64,000 nucleotides of DNA from Nitrospirota bacterium (GTDB lineage Bacteria; Nitrospirota; Nitrospiria; Nitrospirales; NS-4). Below, piece after piece: positions 53,431-61,959 of this stretch. A program made the position numbers and the translations under genes. The notes beneath the pieces were generated by a model. The model saw only the letters and a list, made by a program, of their open reading frames with translations, was not told where the DNA came from and did no database searches. The number at the start of each line of letters is the position of its first letter. Position 1 is the first letter of the stretch. The stretch covers positions 128,001-192,000 of the forward strand of contig CAWBGA010000005.1 in NCBI GenBank assembly GCA_963788195.1, read 5' to 3'.

Positions 53431-53907
53431 ATGAAAGCCAAAGAAGGAATCATTGATCTGCTAAACAAAATTTTAACGGCCGAACTGACCGTCATCAACC
53501 AATATTTCATTCATTCAAAAATGTGTGAAAATTGGGGTTATGAACGACTTGAACATAAGGTACGCGAGCGGAGCATGTCGGAAATGAAAGACGCCGAACA
53601 TCTTATCGAGCATATTCTCTATCTAGAAGGAGTTCCGAACATGCAGCGTTTGGGGACAGTCACGGTGGGAGAAAAGGTCCCGGAACAGTTCAACGCCGAT
53701 CTAAAGGCGGAGATGGATATGGTGAAAACGCTCACGGACGGGATCAACCACTGCGCGAAGGTCGGAGATTTCACGACCCGGCATATGCTGGAAGACATGG
53801 TCAAGGATGAAGACGCGCACATCGATTGGATTGAGACTCAGCTCGACACCATTAAACAGGTGGGCCTGGAGAATTACCTGTCGGAGCAGATCAAGAAAGA
53901 CTCATAG
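53431..53907 (+). CDS. bfr: Bacterioferritin
   Basis: ELTVINQYFIH, EM..AE.LIE.ILYLEG.PN, DEDAHIDW.E. Confidence 0.95.
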   Translation: MKAKEGIIDLLNKILTAELTVINQYFIHSKMCENWGYERLEHKVRERSMSEMKDAEHLIEHILYLEGVPNMQRLGTVTVGEKVPEQFNADLKAEMDMVKTLTDGINHCAKVGDFTTRHMLEDMVKDEDAHIDWIETQLDTIKQVGLENYLSEQIKKDS

Positions 53908-54113
53908 ATACCAGGCAAACGTGAATCGAGATATGCCGAGTGCTGGAGCGGGCATTCTTCTTGGCTATGCGCTCTGTGAGCGGCATGGACGTGCGCTCCT
54001 TACAGCCTAGCGCCGGCGAGCGTGACGTCCAATCGGCCTTTTGAAGATTGCACGTCACGATGAGTCCCCGAAGCGCGCGATTCCTGCTGAATCTTCCTCC
54101 CGGGATCGTTCTC

Positions 54114-54623
54114 TTAGAATCTGCCGACAGGTTTTTGTATTCCGTAGGCGGCTTGCCGCTTCGTAACTCCCTGAATTCCAGTATCCGGTTCGCAGCTGAC
54201 CATCTCCAGCAAGGCGCGAAATCCTGAATCAGTAAGGTCATGGACCAGGTGGTAGCGAAGCATGCCTTGCGGGTCTATCACAAAGCTGTGACACCGAGTG
54301 ACCGCGTGACGACCGATCAGCCCGTAACTACGAGCTAGACGCCTCAAGGGGTCGGAGACCAGGGTGAGGCCACAGGGCCACAAGCTCCTGTGCCAGGGAC
54401 CTGAGAGGATCAAGTCTTCGGATATCACTCCTACGAGTACGCTATCCTGCGCTTGAAACTCTGCGGCGCTTCGTTCAAGCATCAACCACTGCAGGTCTCC
54501 AAAGCGGGGCAGGAAGCATAAAGCCACGCAGCGAGCATGAAGGTCCGCAGTACTCAGATAGGTCAGGGTTCCGTCCATCAGTGCCGGAACGCGGATTACG
54601 GGAGCAGGCTGGTTCATCTTCAT
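54114..54623 (-). CDS. Degenerate AhpC/TSA (peroxiredoxin-fold) protein
   Basis: PAP...PAL..G, VALCFLP, LVSDP...LARSYG, R.SFVIDPQG.LRY; no PxxxTxxC. Confidence 0.7.
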   Translation of the reverse strand: MKMNQPAPVIRVPALMDGTLTYLSTADLHARCVALCFLPRFGDLQWLMLERSAAEFQAQDSVLVGVISEDLILSGPWHRSLWPCGLTLVSDPLRRLARSYGLIGRHAVTRCHSFVIDPQGMLRYHLVHDLTDSGFRALLEMVSCEPDTGIQGVTKRQAAYGIQKPVGRF

Positions 54624-54664
54624 TTCGGTGCCTCCAAGGTCTGGTTGTCAGAACGAATGCCATT

Positions 54665-54776
54665 AAAAAAGCCCAAGGTGATCGATCACCTTGGGCTCTG
54701 GGGGGTTCCCTCTGGCCTAATCGTTATTGCGTCTGACTTTCATTATCAATATATAACTCAGGGATTCCCTTGTCAA
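54665..54776 (-). promoter_or_regulatory. Promoter, Fur-like box and conserved leader with intrinsic terminator (copy 1)
   Basis: TTGACA-17-TATATT; ATTGATAATGAAAGTCA; GGCCAGAGGG...CCAGAGCCCAAGGTGATCGATCACCTTGGGC then T6. Confidence 0.75.
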
Positions 54777-54945
54777 GAAAATCTTTATTGCTGTCCCTGG
54801 CGTCATCAACCGCCGTTTCAACGCTGCATCGCTGAATATATGGGCATATGTGCACGACATATGCACGCGGTGTCCAGCCGGAGGGAGGGGCGGCAGCCAT
54901 CAGGGGTGTGCAGTTGTGTTTGGGACAAGCTCTGAAAAAGACGAT

Positions 54946-55558
54946 TCAGTACCACCCCATTCTACCGTACGGGCCCCAGGGGCCCCACGGATATAGGGTA
55001 GACGGGTACCAATAGCGGCGCGGTCCCCAGGGACCGCCATAATATGGATACCAGGGATCATAAGCGTAGGTCGGCATGTTGGGCTGCCAGATCTTCATGG
55101 TGACGACGTTGATCGTCGGGTACGTATAGCTTGTCTCATCCAGGGGTAAGCGTCTTGCTGCCGGTCACTTGGCCCACCAAGGAGACCAACGTCCCGGCCG
55201 GGACGGCTGCAGGATCAAGCGCATCGGTCTGAAACGCCAGGAACCGGCCTTTGGATTGGGTCAACTCGGGTATCGGCCGATCATATTTGTCCAGCGGCAG
55301 CTCCAACAGTTCTATTTGCGTTTGTCCCTTGAGGAGCTTCGCGTTCAGGACCTTTCCCCCTAGCACAATGTCTTTGCCGGAGAACTTGGCAGGGTCTGCC
55401 TTGACGGCGGCAAAAGTTATCTCACGCGAAATCTCCGCCTCCAGGTCTTTGCTCACCAATTGTGAGGAGGCGCACGCAGCCAATACGACGGAAACTAGGC
55501 TAAGTCCAAAGAGCGATAGGAGGCGATTTCGGGTAATGTCGACGGTGAGGCCTGACAT
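54946..55558 (-). CDS. Slp-family outer-membrane lipoprotein (frameshift near 55140)
   Basis: LAAC lipobox, LGG.V, IELLELPLD, SKGRFLA, LDPA; Pro/Tyr/Trp-rich tail in a shifted frame. Confidence 0.85.
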
Positions 55559-55817
55559 GGGTGACCTCCTTGAAGGTGGTTCACTTCATTATCGTCTACG
55601 AACCCTCTTTTTTCAAACAGCCACTGATAGCGGCCTTCCCGGAGACCATAAAAGGCGGATCTGTGCATCGAACAGCTCCTTGAGGTTCAAAAGCGTCGTG
55701 CTCCCAGCCTGTGTTGCGCCACATGCCGAATACCTAAAGATGCGGAGTGTGTTAATACGCCGTGCGCTCTCCAAGGAGCAATCAAACATTGCGCACTGTC
55801 AAGCATGGAGCAGCAGG

Positions 55818-56273
55818 CTATTTGAATACGATTTTTTTGAGTTGCGCGGCGGGTAGCTCCACCTCTCCGAAATCGGATTGCCCCTTAAAGCTGCCTGCGA
55901 TTGCAAGCGTAAATTCGCCGGTTTTGCCGTCGTTCAGGGTGATAGCAACATTGGGCAGTTCTCCATTGCCAGATGGCTTGATATCCAAGTGCTTGATGTT
56001 GTCGAATTTGATTTTGACCGTGGCAGTTCCGCGTTTTACAGGCACTTCCCGGAGTTCATGCGGCACGAAAGCCGTCTCGCTGATCTTCTCCTCCCAGTAG
56101 AAGATGACGTTCTTGAGGTCCGTTTCAACGCCTTTGGTATCGGTAGCAAACCCATGGAAAGTCTTCTCGGCCTTTTGCGCCCACACTGGGCTGCTCAGGA
56201 ACGTGATGACCGCAATCATAGCCAACGCACTTCGCACTGCCTTGATGTATCGCTCTGCCTTAGTCCGGTTCAT
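55818..56273 (-). CDS. Hypothetical secreted protein
   Basis: GGAG RBS, signal peptide ending VWA, beta-rich body. Confidence 0.75.
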   Translation of the reverse strand: MNRTKAERYIKAVRSALAMIAVITFLSSPVWAQKAEKTFHGFATDTKGVETDLKNVIFYWEEKISETAFVPHELREVPVKRGTATVKIKFDNIKHLDIKPSGNGELPNVAITLNDGKTGEFTLAIAGSFKGQSDFGEVELPAAQLKKIVFK

Positions 56274-56355
56274 AGTCCCTCTCCTTGTGTGTCTTTCTGA
56301 ACAGACATGAGATAATGGTTGCTCGCCTTGCGTAATTGATCCGGTGATCGCAGTA

Positions 56356-57423
56356 CTATCTATCCAGCTTATAACTGATTGGAACGAGAATGGTGATGCG
56401 CGGCTGCCCGAGCGGATGCTTGAGCGCCAACGGCGACGCTTTCTTCACCGCCCGCAGCGCCTCCTGATCTAGGATCGCATAGCCTGAACTTTCAGCCACC
56501 TTGAGTTCGACGAGTGCTCCATTGTCTTGAATGACGGCTTCCAGCACGACCTTGCCTTCCCACTGGTTGGCCTTTGCCTGAGACGGATAGCGTTTTAGTT
56601 GTTCAATCCGGTTCCACAGGGCATCCCTGAGCCAGCCATAGTCAGTCTGAGCCTTTGAGTACGCACGTAACGGCCGCTCTTTTACTGGAAGATGCGTAAC
56701 GACGGTGGGTGCTGGAATCTGTTGAGGAGCTTGCACAGCCCTGGCTTCATGCCGGATCGGCACTGCTTCTTCACGTTCCATGACCGGATCAGTGTGGCGG
56801 GTTAATGCGGTCGGGGTGGCGGTCGGTTGCGCGACAGGTTGAGGTTCCAAGACTGCCTCTTTGCGGACAGCCTCCTGGTGCGTGACGCTTTTCTGAGCAG
56901 TGTCTGGCGTGATCACCTGGGCTACCCTAGCTTCATGCTCGACCGGCACTGCCTCTTCACGTTCCATGACCGTGTCGGTGTGCCGCGTTAATTCGGTCGG
57001 GGTGGCTCGCGCAACAATGGACGCGTTATACGTCGTCTCTTGTGTGACGACATCCAGGGATTCCTGGGGCGGCACTTCCGAGGCCTGCTGTACGACCGGT
57101 TGGGGTGGGGGCTGCTCTATCGGCTGCCGATCCATCGGTGGAATCGGGGTCATGACCTTGCGTGTTATCGGAGAAGGAGCGGGGACGGTCTCAACAATGG
57201 GTTGGGGTTCCGCCTTAACTGGTGTCGGAGGGGTCGGAGGAGCTGGAGGCTCTACGAGAGCGACCTCCCAACGGAATGGTTCCGATACTGGCGGCAGCTT
57301 GAGTTCCGCCGCCAGCGCAAGCGCAGCACCCACCCCCAGGATGTGGACCAGCGTGGAGAACATCCATCCGTGAGCATGATGACTCGGCCGGCTTTGGGCG
57401 AGAGTGTCTGATATGTACGCCAT
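56356..57423 (-). CDS. tonB: Energy transducer TonB
   Basis: SxxxH TM, Pro-rich linker, YP..A....EG.V, SSG..ILDQEAL. Confidence 0.9.
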   Translation of the reverse strand: MAYISDTLAQSRPSHHAHGWMFSTLVHILGVGAALALAAELKLPPVSEPFRWEVALVEPPAPPTPPTPVKAEPQPIVETVPAPSPITRKVMTPIPPMDRQPIEQPPPQPVVQQASEVPPQESLDVVTQETTYNASIVARATPTELTRHTDTVMEREEAVPVEHEARVAQVITPDTAQKSVTHQEAVRKEAVLEPQPVAQPTATPTALTRHTDPVMEREEAVPIRHEARAVQAPQQIPAPTVVTHLPVKERPLRAYSKAQTDYGWLRDALWNRIEQLKRYPSQAKANQWEGKVVLEAVIQDNGALVELKVAESSGYAILDQEALRAVKKASPLALKHPLGQPRITILVPISYKLDR

Positions 57424-57797
57424 TATGCTTTGATAACCTCCAGACTGACTTGCCGAAAGCCCATCCCACGCACCTCATCCACCACGCCGACAAAGCGCTC
57501 GAGGACTGTGAGTCGGTCGGCCCGGACCACGACCAATGATTCTCTGGCATGCACATCGAGCATCGTCTTCAAGCCGTCAAGGAGGACCGGCTGATCGTTC
57601 AAGAACAGCTTTCCATCCGTGGTGAGTGTGATCACGAGCGGGACGTCCTTACGGTCACTTGCTTCTTTAGCTTTGGCCAATTCCACCGGGATCTGACCCG
57701 TCGAAATGAACGTGGCTGTCGTCAGCACGATTACCAGCAGTACCAACATGACATCGACGAGCGGAATCACGTTGATCTGATTGAGTTCACGCTCCAT
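57423..57797 (-). CDS. exbD: ExbD
   Basis: INVIPLVDVMLVLL, VRAD. Confidence 0.93.
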   Translation of the reverse strand: MERELNQINVIPLVDVMLVLLVIVLTTATFISTGQIPVELAKAKEASDRKDVPLVITLTTDGKLFLNDQPVLLDGLKTMLDVHARESLVVVRADRLTVLERFVGVVDEVRGMGFRQVSLEVIKA

Positions 57798-58212
57798 GCT
57801 GCACCTTGTAGATCATCAGCAGTTCTACGACCCGCTGGCGCAATACGTTATTCAAGATGACGCACGGGATGGCGACCAGCAGGCCGACCGCCGTGGCTTT
57901 CAAAGCCAGGCTCAGGCCGATCATGATGGTGCCGACGGCCATCGTGCCGGAACTTCCCATCGTATGAAAGGTAAGCATGATGCCTAACACGGTCCCGAGC
58001 AGACCGATATACGGTGCATTCGCCGCGACCGTGCCGATGATCACCAGGCGTTTCGTCAACGCGAGTTCCAGAGTCTGTGGACTGGTAAATTTCTTGGGAT
58101 CCACTCGGCGGAAGAACAACCATCGTTCGATCGCCACTGCGAGCGACCAAAGACTGAGCATTAACAACAGCCCGATGACTCCGAAGTCCACGATGTTTTT
58201 AAGTGCTTCCAT
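57787..58212 (-). CDS. exbB: ExbB (short form)
   Basis: APYIGLLGTVLGI, ALKATAVGLLVAIP. Confidence 0.93.
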   Translation of the reverse strand: MEALKNIVDFGVIGLLLMLSLWSLAVAIERWLFFRRVDPKKFTSPQTLELALTKRLVIIGTVAANAPYIGLLGTVLGIMLTFHTMGSSGTMAVGTIMIGLSLALKATAVGLLVAIPCVILNNVLRQRVVELLMIYKVQHGA

Positions 58213-58367
58213 GTCTTCTTACCATCCCGTTCATGTGTTTGAACCAGCCTTGAGGTCGTTTTGCCTACTCGAGAAGGACTCAGGGATAGTCCCCTTCCCA
58301 CAGCGCTCGCTCTACTTAAGACGAATAAGACCGGCCGAACCTGACCTGGCCGATTCTCTTAATTTGC

Positions 58368-58724
58368 TCACATTCGCCACCACTGCCCGACAGCGATAAT
58401 AGCCGCAAACACCGTCAACGCCGCGAAAATACTGATCTTGCCCCATTGGTACCGACTTTTCCGGCTTGACCCGTGCGGTGCTTTGGATCGCCAATAAGTC
58501 TGGGCCTCGGCCAGTGCTGGGAAGGAATACCGTTTTAACTCATCCAGGTCATTCCAAAGCGTGCTGGCTCGCTCATATTCCCGTCGGTGGGCCTCGAGCT
58601 CGATCCATGTCCGAAATGACTGGCGGTCCTCTTCAGTTGCGTCTCCCGCGTGGAACCGAACAATCCAGCGGAGCGCTTCATTAGACTTCGCTGCTTGGCC
58701 TGAGATATGTCGGGGGCCCGGCAT
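58368..58724 (-). CDS. FecR N-terminal domain plus TM only (truncated anti-sigma)
   Basis: EALRWIVR......E....F..W......HRR.Y....LW, then a TM and stop. Confidence 0.75.
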   Translation of the reverse strand: MPGPRHISGQAAKSNEALRWIVRFHAGDATEEDRQSFRTWIELEAHRREYERASTLWNDLDELKRYSFPALAEAQTYWRSKAPHGSSRKSRYQWGKISIFAALTVFAAIIAVGQWWRM

Positions 58725-59328
58725 AGGCTAGGGTGTAATCAACCGATTCTTTCTTGACTCTATGACGAATCACCGGCGAGCTTCCTGACCCAAGGGAAGC
58801 TCGTTTGTGTCCAATCATCCTACTCGGGGTTCCTTCGACCCGTTTTCGGCAATAAGCCAATGCTTTAATAATATGTTTCTCGACCATGTTCTTGGAAATG
58901 CCCAGTCGTTCCGCGATCTCGGCGTGCGGGAGATGCATGAACTTGTGCAGGAGGAACACATGCCGGCATTTGGGCGGCAGTTCGTTGATGGCCTGGCGCA
59001 GAAGGTCCAGCCGCTCCTTTGATTCGACGACGGCCTCTTGATCCGGAGCGTCGGACTGCAGTTCTTCGACCGACTCGATCGCGGCGCTCCAATCATTTCT
59101 GAGGCGCTGGCGACGAAACTCATCGACCGTCAAATTGAGGGCGGTTTTGTACAAGAACGCTCGCGGTTGGACGATAGCTTGGGGATGGTTCATGCCCAAG
59201 ATGCGTACATAGGTGTCCTGCACCATATCAGCGGCCCGCTCCCGACAACCCAACTTTGCGGTGAGGAATCCCAATAGCTCGTCGTAATAGGGGCGGAAGA
59301 GAGAGAATACGGCGTGTTGTTCAGACAT
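58681..59328 (-). CDS. FecI-like ECF sigma factor
   Basis: AADMVQDTYVR, PRAFLY.TA.NL.VD, LPPKCR.VF.L, EIAERLGIS..MVEKHI..AL. Confidence 0.9.
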   Translation of the reverse strand: MSEQHAVFSLFRPYYDELLGFLTAKLGCRERAADMVQDTYVRILGMNHPQAIVQPRAFLYKTALNLTVDEFRRQRLRNDWSAAIESVEELQSDAPDQEAVVESKERLDLLRQAINELPPKCRHVFLLHKFMHLPHAEIAERLGISKNMVEKHIIKALAYCRKRVEGTPSRMIGHKRASLGSGSSPVIRHRVKKESVDYTLAYAGPPTYLRPSSEV

Positions 59329-59333
59329 ACAGG

Positions 59334-59513
59334 CTACCTGTGCCTCAGCTCGAATGACAGTGCGATTTGCGTTATGGCAAAGCCGCAGGCTGCACAGGAC
59401 CAGAAGCCTCCCGTATGAACGAGGCTTGGCCGGCGGCAATGCGGGCAATTCTCGCCTCGCAAGCCGACTGGGCATTGTTGAGCGTTTGTGCCCGGTGGCT
59501 TGAACAATGTCAT
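59334..59513 (-). CDS. Small Cys4 zinc-ribbon protein
   Basis: CPHC...FWSCAAC; ATG overlaps the upstream TGA. Confidence 0.65.
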   Translation of the reverse strand: MTLFKPPGTNAQQCPVGLRGENCPHCRRPSLVHTGGFWSCAACGFAITQIALSFELRHR

Positions 59514-59692
59514 ATGTTCGGGTCGGACTCCATGTTCGGGTTCCCGTCCAATCTGAGGCCGCGAACGGGCAGCAGTTGATTGCGTTTGCATCGGCGACAC
59601 TTTACCTCGAGGCCTTCCTTGGTCAGCTTGGCAAGCAGATTTCCGCATTCGCATCGAATTGCGTCATTTTGCCGTTGTGAATTCGGTTTCAT
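59510..59692 (-). CDS. Com-like (phage Mu Com family) zinc-ribbon protein 1
   Basis: IRCECGNLLAK....GLEVKCRRCK, 60 aa. Confidence 0.75.
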   Translation of the reverse strand: MKPNSQRQNDAIRCECGNLLAKLTKEGLEVKCRRCKRNQLLPVRGLRLDGNPNMESDPNI

Positions 59693-59709
59693 TTCACGGT
59701 CCGAATTGC

Positions 59710-60153
59710 CTACCAACCGGCGCCTGATTGATTCTTCGAGAGAAGCGGTCTTCGATTCCCACAAATGAATCCATGTTCGTCAGGAGGAGCGGCGGACGGG
59801 AGGCCAGGAGGGTGAACGCTTCCCGTTCGCCTGGGAGGAGGGGAATCCTCCCTGCTCTGATTCAACACGAGTGTTAAGATTCCGACACCGGTGTCCAAGA
59901 CTAAGGGCCGGTTCTGTTCCGTGACCCGCCGCAAAACTTCGTCTCGTAACATCAACAGCGCGGGCGAGCTTCGCAGGTCGAATGAGAGGCGCCTGCCGTA
60001 AGACGCGATAGATGCCCGCCAGAAAAGGAGGGTGGTCCAGTCGTCTGGGTCGGCGTCATCCAGGAGCAATGAAAGAATGGTCCGGAGAAGCTCTTCCTCG
60101 TGATCCTTGAGCAGCTCTCCGGAGATCCGTGAAAACCTATGTTGTTGCAACAT
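59710..60153 (-). CDS. Hypothetical protein, first gene of the leader-controlled operon
   Basis: AAGGAG RBS, 147-aa ORF. Confidence 0.6.
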   Translation of the reverse strand: MLQQHRFSRISGELLKDHEEELLRTILSLLLDDADPDDWTTLLFWRASIASYGRRLSFDLRSSPALLMLRDEVLRRVTEQNRPLVLDTGVGILTLVLNQSREDSPPPRRTGSVHPPGLPSAAPPDEHGFICGNRRPLLSKNQSGAGW

Positions 60154-60176
60154 TGCTCACTCCTTTGCGGTCGCCC

Positions 60177-60299
60177 AAAAATAAAGCCCAAGGCAACCGA
60201 CGATCGCCTTGGGCTCTGGGGTATACCCCTCTGGCCTTAAAATAAATTTGAGTTCTATTCTCAAAATCAATTGTAGATAATTTGAAACCCTCCCGTCAA
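60177..60299 (-). promoter_or_regulatory. Promoter, Fur-like box and conserved leader with intrinsic terminator (copy 2)
   Basis: TTGACG-18-TACAAT; TGATTTTGAGAATAGAACTCAA; GGCCAGAGGG...CCAGAGCCCAAGGCGATCGTCGGTTGCCTTGGGCTTTATTTTT. Confidence 0.75.
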
Positions 60300-60322
60300 G
60301 GGAATTTTCAGCAAATTAAAAA

Positions 60323-60838
60323 TTAATCTTCTGTTTTGCTCTCGGCCAGGAGCCGCTTTTTGAGAACCCACATCTCGTAGAGTGGAACTCCGGCCAGTAC
60401 AAGGAAAGTTCCGACCATCAAGATGTCGCCGAGAAGCATCGCCGCGGCGAAGTGCGGGCTGATATACAGGATCAGCCAGGGTGAGGCGAGATCCAACGCC
60501 ACCCCGAGAAATGCCAGCCAGGTGAAGGTTGTCTTCAATGTTTGCGAGGCCATCGTCAGATAAAACACATGACAGAGAATGAGGAAGACCACCGGCATGG
60601 TAAAAAAATGAAAGTGCGTCGTCTCGGCCAGTTCGCGAAAAGACTTGGGCTCGCCGAAGGTCTGGTCGGAGCCGAGATAGTGCTGCGCGATGCCGCTGTA
60701 GGACAGTCCTGTCACACTGTGAGCCCAATAGATGGTGAAGAGGAAACCAGCGAATAAGGTTGCGATGAAGAGCGTATAGAGCAGCCGGATGTTCCGGTCA
60801 GTGTCGAGAAGCCGGAAGCGGGTATTGAAGTTTCGCAC
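60323..60838 (-). CDS. Four-TM membrane protein with several His (possible heme b binder)
   Basis: YWAHS, ETTHFHFF, LCHVF; hydrophobic segments. Confidence 0.7.
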   Translation of the reverse strand: MRNFNTRFRLLDTDRNIRLLYTLFIATLFAGFLFTIYWAHSVTGLSYSGIAQHYLGSDQTFGEPKSFRELAETTHFHFFTMPVVFLILCHVFYLTMASQTLKTTFTWLAFLGVALDLASPWLILYISPHFAAAMLLGDILMVGTFLVLAGVPLYEMWVLKKRLLAESKTED

Positions 60839-61465
60839 TGGTGATCAGCTGAGGCGTGTGGTTCAGGTAGAACTCTTCGGCGAGCACGAGCGCGCGCTTG
60901 ACCCCGGCGCTGACTGAACGGACCGACATCGTGGCACCTGTGACGTTAATGATGTCTTTGTTAATGCGGATCGGGTCCAGCGATGTCTTGCCTTCGTACT
61001 GCGCGTTAAACCGCTTGCGACGTACCTCGCTGCCCTTGCTCTCGCGGTAGACGAGAATTTCAACCGTGAATACCTTCCCTTCCGGGGTGATCCCGACCAT
61101 GTACGTGATCGGTCGGTGTTTGCCGATCGTCTCCTGGATGACGCATATCCGTCAATTTTGCCGTTGCTCTCGGCCTTGAAAGCTCTGAAACTCTCCTCTG
61201 GGAACTTCCAGCCGATCCGGTCCTCGATGCGAGCTTTCTGTTGGGGGGTGAGCCGCAACTCTTCTGAGTGGATCTTGTGCGCCTTGGGAAACAAGGTCTT
61301 CAGCGCTTGCTCCTCACTGAGGTAGACCTCGATGCTTCCGACCTCTTCCTCGCTCAGCCACCGCTTCAGGTCCGGGTCCCATGTGCGCTTGCCGGGCTCA
61401 GACGCCGAGACCGTGACGCCTAGCATGAGACACAGCATAAAGGCCCGGGCCACGCAAGTCAGCAT
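60798..61465 (-). CDS. Periplasmic FMN-binding domain protein (frameshift near 61140)
   Basis: Signal peptide; IGKHRPITYMVG, YRESKGSEV, flavinylation-type motif VTGATMS. Confidence 0.82.
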
Positions 61466-61483
61466 CCTTTTTCCCTGAGCCGG

Positions 61484-61891
61484 TTAGAGATCTGCGGCTG
61501 TCAGCGCCGCTTCCTCCGACTGATCCGCCGGAATCGCGCGCCATTGCCGCATGCGGACACCCATCGGCGACCACGCTTCCCGTAGTTGCTGGACCGTGGC
61601 TGTCGCTCCTCCCCGTTGCGGAGTGACTGTAATGATATATTGCACTCGTTCCTTGTTCACATCTCGCTGGAGCGCCCCGGCCCGGGTGGCGGTCTCCACT
61701 TCCAGCCACGCCGTCTCGATGCGGCCATTTGGTTTATCCGCTGATTGAAGCCGAGCGCCCTCGAGAGAGGCAATGGCTGTGTCCCAGACCTCATCGAACG
61801 AGCACGAAGACTGCGCTATAGGGCCTGCCGGCGTCTGACAGCCGGCAAGCCCTATCCACATAAGGATCAGCCAGATTCTCGTAAGCCTCAC
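61484..61891 (-). CDS. Outer-membrane lipoprotein (BamC-like segment; 3' end uncertain)
   Basis: LAGC lipobox, DEVWD.AI..L, ADK..G.IET.W. Confidence 0.65.
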   Translation of the reverse strand: MRLTRIWLILMWIGLAGCQTPAGPIAQSSCSFDEVWDTAIASLEGARLQSADKPNGRIETAWLEVETATRAGALQRDVNKERVQYIITVTPQRGGATATVQQLREAWSPMGVRMRQWRAIPADQSEEAALTAADL

Positions 61892-61959
61892 TTCAACCGC
61901 CTGGAGGGCACGGCGTGGGGGCTTGCTGAACCCAATGGACCCGGCGCGTGTCGCACACG

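Noticed and set aside
59510..59545. Com-like motif at the end of com-like gene 1
   Set aside because: Only a CCCGAACAT direct repeat; it does not fit the GAG-N2-CC pattern, so it was not counted.
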